Virus record (IMG/VR): IMGVR_UViG_3300005323_000002
Coordinates: 2,242 to 66,241 of that record
Direction: 5' to 3' (one strand)
DNA length: 64,000 bases
Source: a virus
Under the pieces are notes generated by a model that searched no databases, was not told the DNA's origin, and worked only from the letters and a program-made list of their open reading frames with translations. A program made the translations under genes and the position numbers. Below, piece by piece: positions 9,516 to 19,321 of this stretch. How positions within the stretch are numbered: position 1 is the first letter of the stretch; every line of letters begins with the position of its first letter.

Positions 9516-9820
9516 TAGATGTTCCTGATCCGGCCAACCGAGGCCTATATTGAGGTGGATGGGGTCATCAAAATAATTGATCCCAGATCGAGCAAAAGGA
9601 CATTCTATAACCCGAAATGGCAAGAACGCGAGCAAGCCATAAGAGAGGTAATCGCAGAAGTGGGCCTCAAGCACCTCAAATTATCAGACATTGAGAAAAT
9701 ATATTCTAGTCACCCTCAGTGACCAGCCTGGCCGGGACCATGTCCTGAGCCATCGGGATTCGTAATTTCCCTCCTACCTACATCGAAAAGCGAAGCCCGG
9801 CCAGGCCGATTCTAATTCAT

Positions 9821-9879
9821 TGCATCACCGATCTGCATCACCCTGCCCCAGTCTGCATCATTGCATCACCCTGCCCCAG
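9821..9879 (+). repeat. Four TGCATCA direct repeats upstream of terS
   Basis: TGCATCA at 9821, 9834, 9854, 9862; TGCATCACCCTGCCCCAG twice. Confidence 0.85.
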
Positions 9880-9887
9880 GTCATAAT

Positions 9888-10424
9888 ATGGCATACGAAG
9901 TTTTGGCCCCTTACATCGATATAATCGAGCAGGGGTTTACCGATAAGAAAAGCCCGCGCACCATCGCTAAAGAAATAGGCCAGCCCGGCCTGTATTCCAC
10001 AATCGGGCGCTATAAGACTGCCGTCTGGAATCTAAAAGACATGGTAGTCGAAGCGAAACAGAAGCGAGCAAAGAAGTTCGAAGAACGTCGAGACAAAGCC
10101 GTCGATGAGATCGTCAACACCCTGGAGCTCATCAACCTGGCCAAACTTCGCTCAAAGCAGCTGATGTCTACCGACCTAGGTGAAGAGTTTGAAATCTCTG
10201 ATGGCGAGAAGCACAAGCTCACCCTGGGGTCCGCTTCGATCTATTGGTCCGCAGGATCTAAGATAATGACTGATGCCGTCAAGCTCGAGTTGGAGCTATC
10301 TGGGGACGACCCAGAGAGCCGCAAGGCTACGGCAATAGAATCACTGTCAGAGGCCGAACTAGATGCCCGGCTCAAAGAACTCATCGAGACGATCGATAAT
10401 GCTGGAAGCTATCCAGATGGCTGA
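9888..10424 (+). CDS. Terminase small subunit (putative)
   Basis: N-terminal HTH, helical body, C-terminal LSEAELDARL; directly upstream of terL. Confidence 0.7.
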   Translation: MAYEVLAPYIDIIEQGFTDKKSPRTIAKEIGQPGLYSTIGRYKTAVWNLKDMVVEAKQKRAKKFEERRDKAVDEIVNTLELINLAKLRSKQLMSTDLGEEFEISDGEKHKLTLGSASIYWSAGSKIMTDAVKLELELSGDDPESRKATAIESLSEAELDARLKELIETIDNAGSYPDG

Positions 10425-11664
10425 AGACCTTCTCCGGGAAAAGGCCCGGAAAGATCCGGTCACTTTCGCTCTGCATTACCTCAAGTTCGCCCCGGACCCA
10501 TGGCAGGCTAAATTCCTGAGATCAAGGGCCCAGAGGATTATACTGAACTGCTCCCGGCAGTCTGGCAAGTCCACAACGACAGCCATCCTGGCCCTCTGGG
10601 AAGCCATCAACAAGCCCAAGAGCGTCATAGTCCTTGACTCACCATCTTTGAGGCAGTCTCAGGAGCTCATGCTCAAGTTCGCTGAATTTCTATCATTAGT
10701 CAACAAAGATGTCAAGCTGGACAGCGACACCAAGCTCTCGGTGCGGTTTGCCAACGGCTCAAGAGTCCTGGCGCTGCCTGGCAGCGAGAAGACCATCCGG
10801 GGCATCAGCGCCGTCACCCTTCTTATCCTCGATGAGGCGTCAGGAATTCCCGACGAGCTTTATGGCGCAGTCAGGCCCATGCTGGCCGTATCCAAGGGTC
10901 GCCTTATCCTGATGTCCACCCCGAGGGGCGAGCAGGGCTTCTTTTTCGATACATGGGCCAAAAGCCAGGGCTGGCAAAAGGTCGAGGTGCCGTGGGACCA
11001 TTGCCCCAGGATCGACCCGGCTTTCATCGAGGAAGAACGCTTAGAGCGAGGCAACGCCTGGGTAGCTCAGGAGTACGAGTGCAAGTTCATAGCCGCCGGC
11101 GCAACCAGGATACAACGGGCCTGGCTGAAGTACGAAGACAAAGCCCCGGCCAACCTGAAGATCTCTCTAGGCATCGACCTGGCCATATCTGAGAAAGAGA
11201 CGGCTGACTATACTGCTGGCACCGTCCTGGGCCGGGATTCTGCAGGAAACCTGCACGTCCTCGATGTCCAAAGAGTCAGAGCATCATTCTCACAGCAAAT
11301 AGAGTTCATCAAGCAGCTTGCGGCCAGGTGGAAGCCTTCCGTGGTGGCAATCGAGGATGTCCAATACCAGAGGGCTCTAATCCAGCAATTAGCTGCTCAG
11401 ACATCGCTAAACGTGCGGGGCATCAAGCCGATAAACGACAAGGTGAGCAGGTTCGCACCTCTGGAGGCCCGGTATGAGCTGGGCCAGGTATATCATGTCC
11501 GAGGATTGCCACAGGAGTTCGAGGCCGAGCTCCTCGGCTTCCCAATCGGCAACCATGACGATCAGGTCGACAGTATGGCGTATGCCTGGCAGGCTTTAGG
11601 ACTGGCACAGGACACCCCCAAGCTCACCTTTGCAGGAGCCACACGAAAAGCACCGTGGAGGTAA
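10399..11664 (+). CDS. terL: Terminase large subunit
   Basis: PDPWQ, Walker A RQSGKS, Walker B LLILDE, STP motif, nuclease GIDLA and HDDQVDS. Confidence 0.96.
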   Translation: MLEAIQMAEDLLREKARKDPVTFALHYLKFAPDPWQAKFLRSRAQRIILNCSRQSGKSTTTAILALWEAINKPKSVIVLDSPSLRQSQELMLKFAEFLSLVNKDVKLDSDTKLSVRFANGSRVLALPGSEKTIRGISAVTLLILDEASGIPDELYGAVRPMLAVSKGRLILMSTPRGEQGFFFDTWAKSQGWQKVEVPWDHCPRIDPAFIEEERLERGNAWVAQEYECKFIAAGATRIQRAWLKYEDKAPANLKISLGIDLAISEKETADYTAGTVLGRDSAGNLHVLDVQRVRASFSQQIEFIKQLAARWKPSVVAIEDVQYQRALIQQLAAQTSLNVRGIKPINDKVSRFAPLEARYELGQVYHVRGLPQEFEAELLGFPIGNHDDQVDSMAYAWQALGLAQDTPKLTFAGATRKAPWR

Positions 11665-11669
11665 AAACA

Positions 11670-11915
11670 ATGGGAAAATTGGACAGTTGGGAAATGCCGC
11701 GTGCTCATCCTGAAGATGTGATCAGTCCCGGAGATCACGATGCGTTAGTACTCATGGACGTGGATTATGAGATTAAACTGAGAAGTCTGCGGAATGTATT
11801 CGGGGGCTTCTTAGAAGCGATCAGTCACACCCCTGAATTCAAGGGAGATATCCACGGAGCATTCTCATGGCACGCTCCTGGGTGGGATTTAGATCCCGAT
11901 GTAGGCTCCGATTGA
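11670..11915 (+). CDS. Hypothetical protein
   Basis: SD GGAGGT before ATG 11670. Confidence 0.5.
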   Translation: MGKLDSWEMPRAHPEDVISPGDHDALVLMDVDYEIKLRSLRNVFGGFLEAISHTPEFKGDIHGAFSWHAPGWDLDPDVGSD

Positions 11916-11924
11916 AAAGCGTGC

Positions 11925-12218
11925 ATGGTAACGACTATGATCATGAACATACCGGCGCTCAAAGCAATCCTGAAGCGGATCGAAAAAGAAGCAGCCCGCG
12001 ACTATAAGCAGGAATACCGAGAATATCATGGTCAGCCAAAGCACATCAGGGAGCGCGCCGAGCGAAACGCCGCCAGGGCGAAGCTGGGACTCAAGCGCGG
12101 CGACCCAAGAGAGGCCGACCACAAGCACGCACTCTCGGATGGCGGAAGCAACAGCAAGCGCAATCTGCGAGCGGTTAGTAGAAGCACTAACAGGACGAAG
12201 GGGGCGAAGAAGGAATGA
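11925..12218 (+). CDS. Small HNH endonuclease
   Basis: RDYKQEY..YHG...EADHKHALSDGGSNSKRNLRAVSRSTNRTK. Confidence 0.85.
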   Translation: MVTTMIMNIPALKAILKRIEKEAARDYKQEYREYHGQPKHIRERAERNAARAKLGLKRGDPREADHKHALSDGGSNSKRNLRAVSRSTNRTKGAKKE

Positions 12219-12403
12219 ACATAGAAGTGCATGCCAGTATAACAAATTATATGTTCGAGTGCTGTCAGTGTTTTGGAACATTTATAGGAACGCCATATAT
12301 GCCACCGGAAGACTTGAAGCATGAAAAGAATATGCGTGGGACCGTATGCAACAAGTGCGGGGAACGCATAGAAGCGCGGCTGCGTAAAACGAGTGAAAAA
12401 TAA
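12215..12403 (+). CDS. Small zinc-finger protein
   Basis: CCQC...CNKC. Confidence 0.45.
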   Translation: MNIEVHASITNYMFECCQCFGTFIGTPYMPPEDLKHEKNMRGTVCNKCGERIEARLRKTSEK

Positions 12404-12821
12404 TCCTCGCCACAGAATACTTCTGCCCACATTTCTATCATAGTCCGCCAATTCCTATTTTCAGAGATCTAAAGCAGAGAGACTAATCGGCGGAAAGCTG
12501 CAAAAAAGTAAAATTCTAAATGGAGAATTAATATGGTAGAAACACGCGCGGACTCTCTCAATGCTATATTAATTGAGATCGAAGAGAAGGAAAAAAAGTC
12601 GCGCGAGTTGTACGAAGCTGCTGAGAGGCAACTAAGTTATGCCACTCGCTTCACGAAAATCTGAGCAGGGGTTGGGCAATGAAGAAAACCGATCGCGTCG
12701 GCAAAGCAGCTTCACCCGTGGCCGGGGGCATCTACCCACAGTTCCACCAGAGCCCCAAAGCCGAAGCAAACCGGCATGAAGCGACACGATAAGTATATAT
12801 GCTATTGAGCCAATCATTATC

Positions 12822-12925
12822 TGCTGGCTAGGGATCGGCTGATCACTGATCCCGAAGGGGCGGTTTCCTGACCGCCAGCCAGCACTTAGAGCTTTTCAGG
12901 GATACATGGCAGGAGATGTAGTTAA
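12822..12925 (+). ncRNA. Conserved structured leader RNA, copy 1
   Basis: Three-way junction (TGCTGGC/GCCAGCA; GGGATC/GATCCC; GGCGGT/ACCGCC), loop TTCCTG, downstream TCAGG, SD hairpin; TATA at 12794. Confidence 0.8.
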
Positions 12926-13714
12926 GTGAGCAAGAGGATAGACATACCATATGATATTCTGTATGATTATTACGTCGTTCAGCGGCTTACTCTCAGACAA
13001 TGCGCAAAGAAGCTAGGAAGAAGCCACATCGAACGGTGCTTGCGCAGGGCAAATATTCCGCTCAGGCCAATGCGGCGAACCCCAAACAGAATCTTAACAA
13101 AAGAATGGCTTCAAGAAAGGTATATCGGACAGGAATTGAGCCTCTCCGAGTGCGGTGAATTGGTTGGCTGCAGCCCCAAAACAATATTGAATGCTCTAAG
13201 AAGACATAACATAGCTACAAGGCCTTTTCAAACTCCACCCACCGGGGCAACAGACAAATGGCTAAAAGAGTACTATGTGTGTCAGCAATTATCTATTTCA
13301 CAATGCGCTAAACTATTAGGATGCAATGATGAATCAATACGAAATGCGCTAAAGAAGTATAACATCACGGCTAGGCCATATGTCCGAGACGGACCTAGAA
13401 ACCACCAATGGCGCGGAGGCCTATCATTCCTGCCCTACTGTCCAAAATGGACAGAAAAACTCCGCGAATCGATACGAGATGAATATGGCCGCAAGTGCTA
13501 CTTATGCCACACAACAGAAGCAGAAAATAAGCGCAAGCTCTCGGTGCATCACGTAAATTTTGATAAGATGGCTGGGTGCTATGGCAAACGGTGGAACTTA
13601 TTGCCATTATGTCAAAAATGTCATAACCAAAGCAGTAATCATAGATTTGAATATTTCAACCTGCTCGTAAATCACTGGGCTTACAAATACATCCAAGACG
13701 GCATAAGCATTTAG
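12926..13714 (+). CDS. HNH endonuclease with three N-terminal HTH repeats
   Basis: Three repeats L...Y....LS...CA..LG.....I..AL; C-terminal WRGG..PYC...KCYLC...SVHHVN...LCQKCH. Confidence 0.85.
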   Translation: MSKRIDIPYDILYDYYVVQRLTLRQCAKKLGRSHIERCLRRANIPLRPMRRTPNRILTKEWLQERYIGQELSLSECGELVGCSPKTILNALRRHNIATRPFQTPPTGATDKWLKEYYVCQQLSISQCAKLLGCNDESIRNALKKYNITARPYVRDGPRNHQWRGGLSFLPYCPKWTEKLRESIRDEYGRKCYLCHTTEAENKRKLSVHHVNFDKMAGCYGKRWNLLPLCQKCHNQSSNHRFEYFNLLVNHWAYKYIQDGISI

Positions 13715-13729
13715 TTACTGGGGGGTTCA

Positions 13730-15217
13730 ATGGCAAAAGACAATCGCAACAAGGTAGCTAAGGCCGCCTATAATCCCTATCCAAAATTCAATTCATCCCC
13801 ACGCGCCTTGAATCGGCAACAGTTTGGCCGATCTGGGCAACAATATTTTTTGCCGGGTTGGATAAAACGCGACTACCTCCCGGAGCTGCAAGGCAGAAAT
13901 CTATTCCTCGCCTATGAGGAGATGGGCACCGACGCCTATTGTGGTGCTGCCCTCAACGCTTACTCTGTCTTCATCAGGCGGGCAAAATGGCATGCAGATC
14001 CAGTAATCGATGAAAACAAGGAAAACGGGTCGTTTGAGTTCCTAGAAAACAATATGAATGATATGCAGCATAGCTGGCAAACTTTCGTGGCCACTGCTGC
14101 AAAACCGACACTTCAATTCGGATTTTCTAGCTTCGAAAAAGTCTATAAGCAGCGAGAAGGTGAGCAGGACGATGATCGCTACTCATCCAATTACGACGAT
14201 GGTGCCATCGGATGGGCAAACTTTGCGTTTAGGTCTCCTGACTCTATTTTACATTGGGATTATGATCCAATAGATGTGACTAGACTGAGGGGCTTTACTC
14301 AGATCGCGGCACCTGACTACAAAACCACATTTATTCCCGTAGAGAAACTTATCCTCATCCGGGCGGAGCCGGGCAAGGACAACCCAGAAGGCCGATCCAT
14401 CTTACGGGGTGCTTGGCGTGCTTGGCGCACCAAAAAGGTAATGGAAGACATCAGAAATGTATCAGCAGATCGAGGTGGTGCAGGAATCCCGTGGGCAGAG
14501 GTCCCGGCAAACATCGCCAATGCGCCTCAGTATGTTGCTGCAGATCCAACAAATCAAGCGGCAATAGATGCAATGGCATCGTATCAAAGCTTAGTGGATA
14601 CGATGACCAATATAAATCAAGACGCACAGAAGTGGGTCATCTCCCCCCAGATCTGGGACGCGAACGGGCAACCTCAGATCAAGTTAGGATTCTTGCAGCC
14701 CGCCCAGGGTGCTGATATTATTGGGCACATCACCGCTGCGATAGATGCAGAGGCAAAGGCAATCCTGATCTCGACGATGAGTGAGTTCATGGCTCTTGGC
14801 ATGGGGGGCACAGGATCGTTGGCATTGAGTCGCGACAAAACCGACAATTTCACGTTAGCTGTTGATGCAACACTCACCGCTTTTATGGAGAGCATCAACC
14901 AGCAAGCCGTTCGCCAACTCTTCCGCCTCAATCCACAATTCGAGTTCGAAAAAGGCAAGCCCAAGCCTCGTATAGTCTACGATCCCATAGTGCCGATCAG
15001 CACACAGGACGTAGTTGCCATCTTGGGCCTCTTCGAGAAGAGTGGCTGGGATCTCAGCAAGCAGGCAGGTATCCGGGACACTATCATCTCCAACTTGGGT
15101 CTGCCTTCGTATGTCGAGCAGGAGGTAGACGAGAAGCTCCAAGAGCACGGTGACGCGCCAATCGAGAGCTTGCTCGACGGCAAGAGTGCGCTGGACGCGA
15201 TACTAGGGGCAGCTTGA
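13730..15217 (+). CDS. Portal protein
   Basis: 495 aa after terL; FGFSSFEKVY, IPVEKLI, NPEGRSILRGAWRAW, GSLALS motifs of Mu gp29/DUF935-like portals. Confidence 0.9.
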   Translation: MAKDNRNKVAKAAYNPYPKFNSSPRALNRQQFGRSGQQYFLPGWIKRDYLPELQGRNLFLAYEEMGTDAYCGAALNAYSVFIRRAKWHADPVIDENKENGSFEFLENNMNDMQHSWQTFVATAAKPTLQFGFSSFEKVYKQREGEQDDDRYSSNYDDGAIGWANFAFRSPDSILHWDYDPIDVTRLRGFTQIAAPDYKTTFIPVEKLILIRAEPGKDNPEGRSILRGAWRAWRTKKVMEDIRNVSADRGGAGIPWAEVPANIANAPQYVAADPTNQAAIDAMASYQSLVDTMTNINQDAQKWVISPQIWDANGQPQIKLGFLQPAQGADIIGHITAAIDAEAKAILISTMSEFMALGMGGTGSLALSRDKTDNFTLAVDATLTAFMESINQQAVRQLFRLNPQFEFEKGKPKPRIVYDPIVPISTQDVVAILGLFEKSGWDLSKQAGIRDTIISNLGLPSYVEQEVDEKLQEHGDAPIESLLDGKSALDAILGAA

Positions 15218-15225
15218 AAAAAAAG

Positions 15226-15426
15226 TCAGACTCCTCGCAAACTCTCACGGGTCATCGGTATCTTACCAGATAGCACCTGGGACCAGAAAGCGACTTCGGT
15301 CGTGATCTGTTTCTGATCCGCTACGGCTTCATTTTCTCGCTCAATAGCATCCAGCATACTACCTGCCTCCAAACGCAGTAGCCTGGATCGGATGTAACGA
15401 CGATCTTCTTCAGTTAGGTCGGTCAT
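15226..15426 (-). CDS. Hypothetical protein (reverse-strand moron)
   Basis: SD AGGTGA on the minus strand. Confidence 0.5.
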   Translation of the reverse strand: MTDLTEEDRRYIRSRLLRLEAGSMLDAIERENEAVADQKQITTEVAFWSQVLSGKIPMTRESLRGV

Positions 15427-15444
15427 GTTTCACCTTTGGCTTCT

Positions 15445-15684
15445 TCAAGGATATATGTTCACGCGTTTTACTCTTGCCAAATGGTCTGCTATGTTCGCTT
15501 TTGGTAACTCGGGCATACCAATTATGACGCCTTGTGATATATAATGATTCATAATATCAATCGCTATCGGGTCGGCATCAATTCCGTTTTCGACATCTGA
15601 TTGAATCAGATCCCAAATAAGGCGAGCTCCGAACAGGTCCAATAACGTTTTTTTGCCTACCCAGTATTCATATTCATTCATCAT
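15445..15684 (-). CDS. Hypothetical protein (reverse-strand moron)
   Basis: 79-aa ORF in the minus-strand cluster. Confidence 0.5.
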   Translation of the reverse strand: MMNEYEYWVGKKTLLDLFGARLIWDLIQSDVENGIDADPIAIDIMNHYISQGVIIGMPELPKANIADHLARVKRVNIYP

Positions 15685-15789
15685 GTCTTAGCCTTCTTGC
15701 TTTCGGCTTCTCTAAGTATCGCTTGCACATCGGGCAGCTCTTTGGCTTCTCTTTGCGTGGCTGCCACTCGTAGCTGCAATGGGGGCAGA

Positions 15790-16077
15790 TCATGCTTTTG
15801 CCAAATCCTCATATGCGCCCGTGCCTAATGTTACTTCGCACCACTCAATATGTCCTGGGAGCATGACGTTCACACAAACAGTGACATGATTGTTTTTCAC
15901 CTCTAGCCACTCGTCATGTTTAGCCTGATGAGTTCGGTCAAGCACATCTCGGATGGCCTGCATTTGGATAATTGCCTTCGCCAATCCATCCGTTGCATTA
16001 TCACAGGGCATTGATATACCCAAAGATGCGAGCCAGGCAAGCGTGCGATCCTGGGTAGCTTTATCATATTCATCCAT
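15790..16077 (-). CDS. Hypothetical protein (reverse-strand moron)
   Basis: Minus-strand TTTATAT box near 16100-16108 and GAGGT before ATG. Confidence 0.55.
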   Translation of the reverse strand: MDEYDKATQDRTLAWLASLGISMPCDNATDGLAKAIIQMQAIRDVLDRTHQAKHDEWLEVKNNHVTVCVNVMLPGHIEWCEVTLGTGAYEDLAKA

Positions 16078-16115
16078 ACCTCTTAATCATCATCCTCATC
16101 ATATAAAGGTGTCTC

Positions 16116-17111
16116 ATGAACGCAGAACTCTTTCAGCTCATCCGAGAGACGGGCTACCTGAGCGATGCCAAGCTCTCCGATCAAGCCCGCTATGATTTCC
16201 TCACTAGCGACTTCTGGCAGCAGGCCAAGGCACTGGGTTACAACGTCGTCGAGCTGAAGCGCCTGCTCTGGAAGATGTCGGGCAGGCCGATGGAAGCACT
16301 CATCGCAGCTCTGCCGGATGCTCCAATCCAGAAGGCCGTCCGCGGCACCGAGAAGGAGAAGGACCCCCGGAAGCGGATCAAGGAGACCGCCGCCGCTATC
16401 GCCATGCTCTATAAGAAGGCTGAGAAGGACATCCGGGAAGCGATCAGCCGCAACATGGAGCAGCCCGACAGGATGCGGGCTGAGACTGGCCGCATAAGGC
16501 GCACTCTCTTAGCACAAGCGGCCTCCTGGCTACAAGTGAGCGTTCCGGGTTTGTATGTCACTGGTGCGAAAGCTCCTTTTCTCCAAGGAGCGCATGCAAA
16601 AGCAGCTCAATCAATGGCCACACAAGAATTTAACAGATTTAAAGAAATAGACTCACAAATATCAAGACATATAGAGGAAATTATAGGCGAGTCAGAAAGA
16701 CGTAGGGCAAAGGCAACTTTATCACAAGTCAAACCCGACTATACTGGTTTGCGTGGTGACATCGTGGGTCACAAAACGATAGACGGGAAAGAATTAGGAT
16801 TAAGCAGCTACATTGAGATGCTGGCTATCAATGTGGCAAGAAACGTCTTTAACGAAGCGGTTGAGAATGCTGCCCGAGAAAATCAAGAAGACCTCATGAG
16901 GATTTCACGCGAAGTCAGATCTAATAGTTGTCAATCGTGTCGCGATTGGGCGGGTCGTGTAATTAGCATCACAGGCCGAACTCCTGGGTATCCAACTAAA
17001 TCAGAAGCGGAAGACGCCGGAATCTGGCACCCACACTGCATACATTTCTTAGAGAGGTTGGATGAAGATAGATATGCGGGCACCGGGCATTACATCGGCG
17101 GTGCGATATAA
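16116..17111 (+). CDS. Minor capsid / head morphogenesis protein
   Basis: After the portal; C-terminal SCQSCRDWAGRVIS..G..PGYPT...GIWHPHCIH. Confidence 0.85.
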   Translation: MNAELFQLIRETGYLSDAKLSDQARYDFLTSDFWQQAKALGYNVVELKRLLWKMSGRPMEALIAALPDAPIQKAVRGTEKEKDPRKRIKETAAAIAMLYKKAEKDIREAISRNMEQPDRMRAETGRIRRTLLAQAASWLQVSVPGLYVTGAKAPFLQGAHAKAAQSMATQEFNRFKEIDSQISRHIEEIIGESERRRAKATLSQVKPDYTGLRGDIVGHKTIDGKELGLSSYIEMLAINVARNVFNEAVENAARENQEDLMRISREVRSNSCQSCRDWAGRVISITGRTPGYPTKSEAEDAGIWHPHCIHFLERLDEDRYAGTGHYIGGAI

Positions 17112-17165
17112 GATCAGTAACAGCAGAAGCAATACTTATATATGGCATTACGCTAAATATTGATC

Positions 17166-17252
17166 GTTGGCTAGGGTAGCTCCCGAAAAGTGGTTTTCCT
17201 AGACCACCTGCCAACATAAAAACTTCTAGGAACGCTATAGGAGGCGTCAAGT
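17166..17252 (+). ncRNA. Conserved structured leader RNA, copy 2
   Basis: GTTGGC/GCCAAC; GGG/CCC-GAAAA; GTGGT/ACCAC, loop TTTCCTAG, downstream CTAGGAA, SD hairpin ACGC/GCGT; TATA at 17136. Confidence 0.8.
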
Positions 17253-18074
17253 TTGATTCAGTCATGCTTAAATTGTAATAAAGAATTTCACGCTTATCCG
17301 TCTGCGATAAAGCGTGGCCATGCGTTGTTTTGCTCACGAAAATGCCGTGGTGAATATTATCAGGGCGCGCGAAATCCAAACCACAAAGGCGGGAAATACC
17401 TCATATGCGCCCGGTGTGGAAAGAAGTTTTGGGCGCGCCCATGGGAACAAAAGAAAGGTGTAAAATATTGCACACAGGCTTGTTATGACGAAGCGCGTCG
17501 TCCTGGGGGCGCGTGGGCAGAACATAGTGTAAAATGTATCTGCCACCAATGTGGAATCGAGTTTTATGCATTTAGATCAGAGGTCGATAATAAGGGCAGG
17601 AAATATTGCTCGCTCAATTGTTACCATCTCTCACAGGATAAACGCGTAGAGTGCACATGCACATCATGTGGTAAGTCGTTCCGAGTTACAAAAAGTGCAC
17701 TCAAATACGGTCGCGGCAAATTCTGCTCACCGTCTTGTGCGAATGCGCTTGAGAATAACCCCGGCTGGTTAGGTGGAAAAAGTTTCGAACCATATTGTCA
17801 TAAATTCAATCATGCACTAAAAGAATATGTAAGAGACAAATTTGGTAGGCGTTGTTTTGTGTGCGAGTCGCCCGAAATCAGACGATGCCATTCTATACAC
17901 CACATTGATTATAATAAGTTGCAGGGGTGTAAAGGAATGACGTGGGCGTTAGTCCCGCTCTGCGATAGTTGTCATATGAAAACAAATCGCAACCGTTGGC
18001 ACTGGTTCAATCTACTAATTCATTATTGGGCGATGAATCCTGATATCAATTTCAATTTGGACTGTTCTACATGA
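17253..18074 (+). CDS. HNH endonuclease with four zinc-finger repeats
   Basis: Four CxxC.K.F...(F/Y)C..xC repeats; C-terminal WLGG..PYC...CFVC..HHIDYNK..GC.G..W.L.PLCDSCH. Confidence 0.85.
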   Translation: MIQSCLNCNKEFHAYPSAIKRGHALFCSRKCRGEYYQGARNPNHKGGKYLICARCGKKFWARPWEQKKGVKYCTQACYDEARRPGGAWAEHSVKCICHQCGIEFYAFRSEVDNKGRKYCSLNCYHLSQDKRVECTCTSCGKSFRVTKSALKYGRGKFCSPSCANALENNPGWLGGKSFEPYCHKFNHALKEYVRDKFGRRCFVCESPEIRRCHSIHHIDYNKLQGCKGMTWALVPLCDSCHMKTNRNRWHWFNLLIHYWAMNPDINFNLDCST

Positions 18075-18336
18075 CTTCTGAAGAATACGAGGCCTATCGA
18101 GCAATGGTCGCCCGAAGTAAGGCGCTCGTCGATGAATGGGCCGAGCTACAGGCGCTTGGCCCGGACGCAGAGAAATACTGCTGAAGCGTGGTCTGCTGTC
18201 CGGTCAGGTGAGGCCGGAAAGCTTTGAAGTGCTGATTTTGCATATTACTAATTATCGATTATTGTCTATAAATAATTTACTGATGGTGATTTCTCATGCT
18301 CACAAAATCTGCTTTGAATTATAATGGTGCTAAAAT

Positions 18337-19281
18337 ATGCTTGACTATTCGCAAATCCACACCCCTAAATTAGGAGGTTCAAAAATGCCAGATGATGAAG
18401 AAATACAAGACGACGATGAAGGGATGGAGAAAGGAGCCTCCGATCTCGATTTCGTCAAGGAACGGTTAGCGGACGAGTCCGGGGGCGTGGAGGCACTGAG
18501 CCAGGCCCTTGAGAGCATCCAGGACCCGAAGCTCAAGGAGATCATTGCCGCAATTCACGAAGACGAGGCGAAGCATCAGGCCGCGCTGCAACAGTGGATG
18601 CAGGAGAACGGTGGCGGTGAGGGCGAGGAAGAAGCCCCGGCAGAAGAGGAAGCCGACACCACCGAGAAGGATGAGGGTGGCGACGTTCCTGCGCCAGACG
18701 AGGAAGATCTCGACGAGGACGACGGCGGCAAAGGCGAGCTGATCGATCAGATCCGGGCCATATTGGAAGAGCACGATCCTGAGATGGAAAAGGCCGATGA
18801 CGAGGAAGCACCGCCTGACGAAGAGGACACCGAGAAATCGGACGACGGCGATGAGGACGATAAGCCGGACTTCCTGAAAGAGGATGACGATGAAGAGGAA
18901 GCCGAGAAAGGCTGCAAGAAGTCCTTCCGGGTGCCTATTATAAAGGGCGATCAGCAAATTTGCTATGGAATTGTGTCTGAGCCTGATGTAGTAGATTTAC
19001 AGGGCGATAGGCTCAGTAAATCTGAGATCCGTGTTGCATGCCATAAGTTCATGATGAAATCGCAGCGGATTAATAAGGAGCACAACGGGCCTGCTAAAGC
19101 TGATATCATCGAGTCATATATCGCCCCAACAGACTTCACATGTAATGGGCAAAAGGTCCGTAAAGGATCATGGATCATGGGCGTAAAAGTGCACGATCCT
19201 GAGATATGGCAGGCCATCAAGAAAGGCGAGATTACAGGCTTTTCTATTGCGGGAAATGGCACACGAACCGAGATCGGCTAA
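18337..19281 (+). CDS. XkdF-like prohead protease with N-terminal ferritin-like helices and acidic linker
   Basis: YGIVSEPDVVDLQGD, KEH, ESYIAP, KGSW, IKKGEITGFSIAG; N-terminal EDEAKH; alternative start ATG 18385 with SD AGGAGG. Confidence 0.85.
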   Translation: MLDYSQIHTPKLGGSKMPDDEEIQDDDEGMEKGASDLDFVKERLADESGGVEALSQALESIQDPKLKEIIAAIHEDEAKHQAALQQWMQENGGGEGEEEAPAEEEADTTEKDEGGDVPAPDEEDLDEDDGGKGELIDQIRAILEEHDPEMEKADDEEAPPDEEDTEKSDDGDEDDKPDFLKEDDDEEEAEKGCKKSFRVPIIKGDQQICYGIVSEPDVVDLQGDRLSKSEIRVACHKFMMKSQRINKEHNGPAKADIIESYIAPTDFTCNGQKVRKGSWIMGVKVHDPEIWQAIKKGEITGFSIAGNGTRTEIG

Positions 19282-19321
19282 CGCAATAACCTATATATAG
19301 ATACATCTCCATTAACATCAG

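Noticed and set aside
17166-17215. Leader motif as a hammerhead ribozyme
   Set aside because: It has a three-way junction with GAAA but lacks the CUGANGA core.
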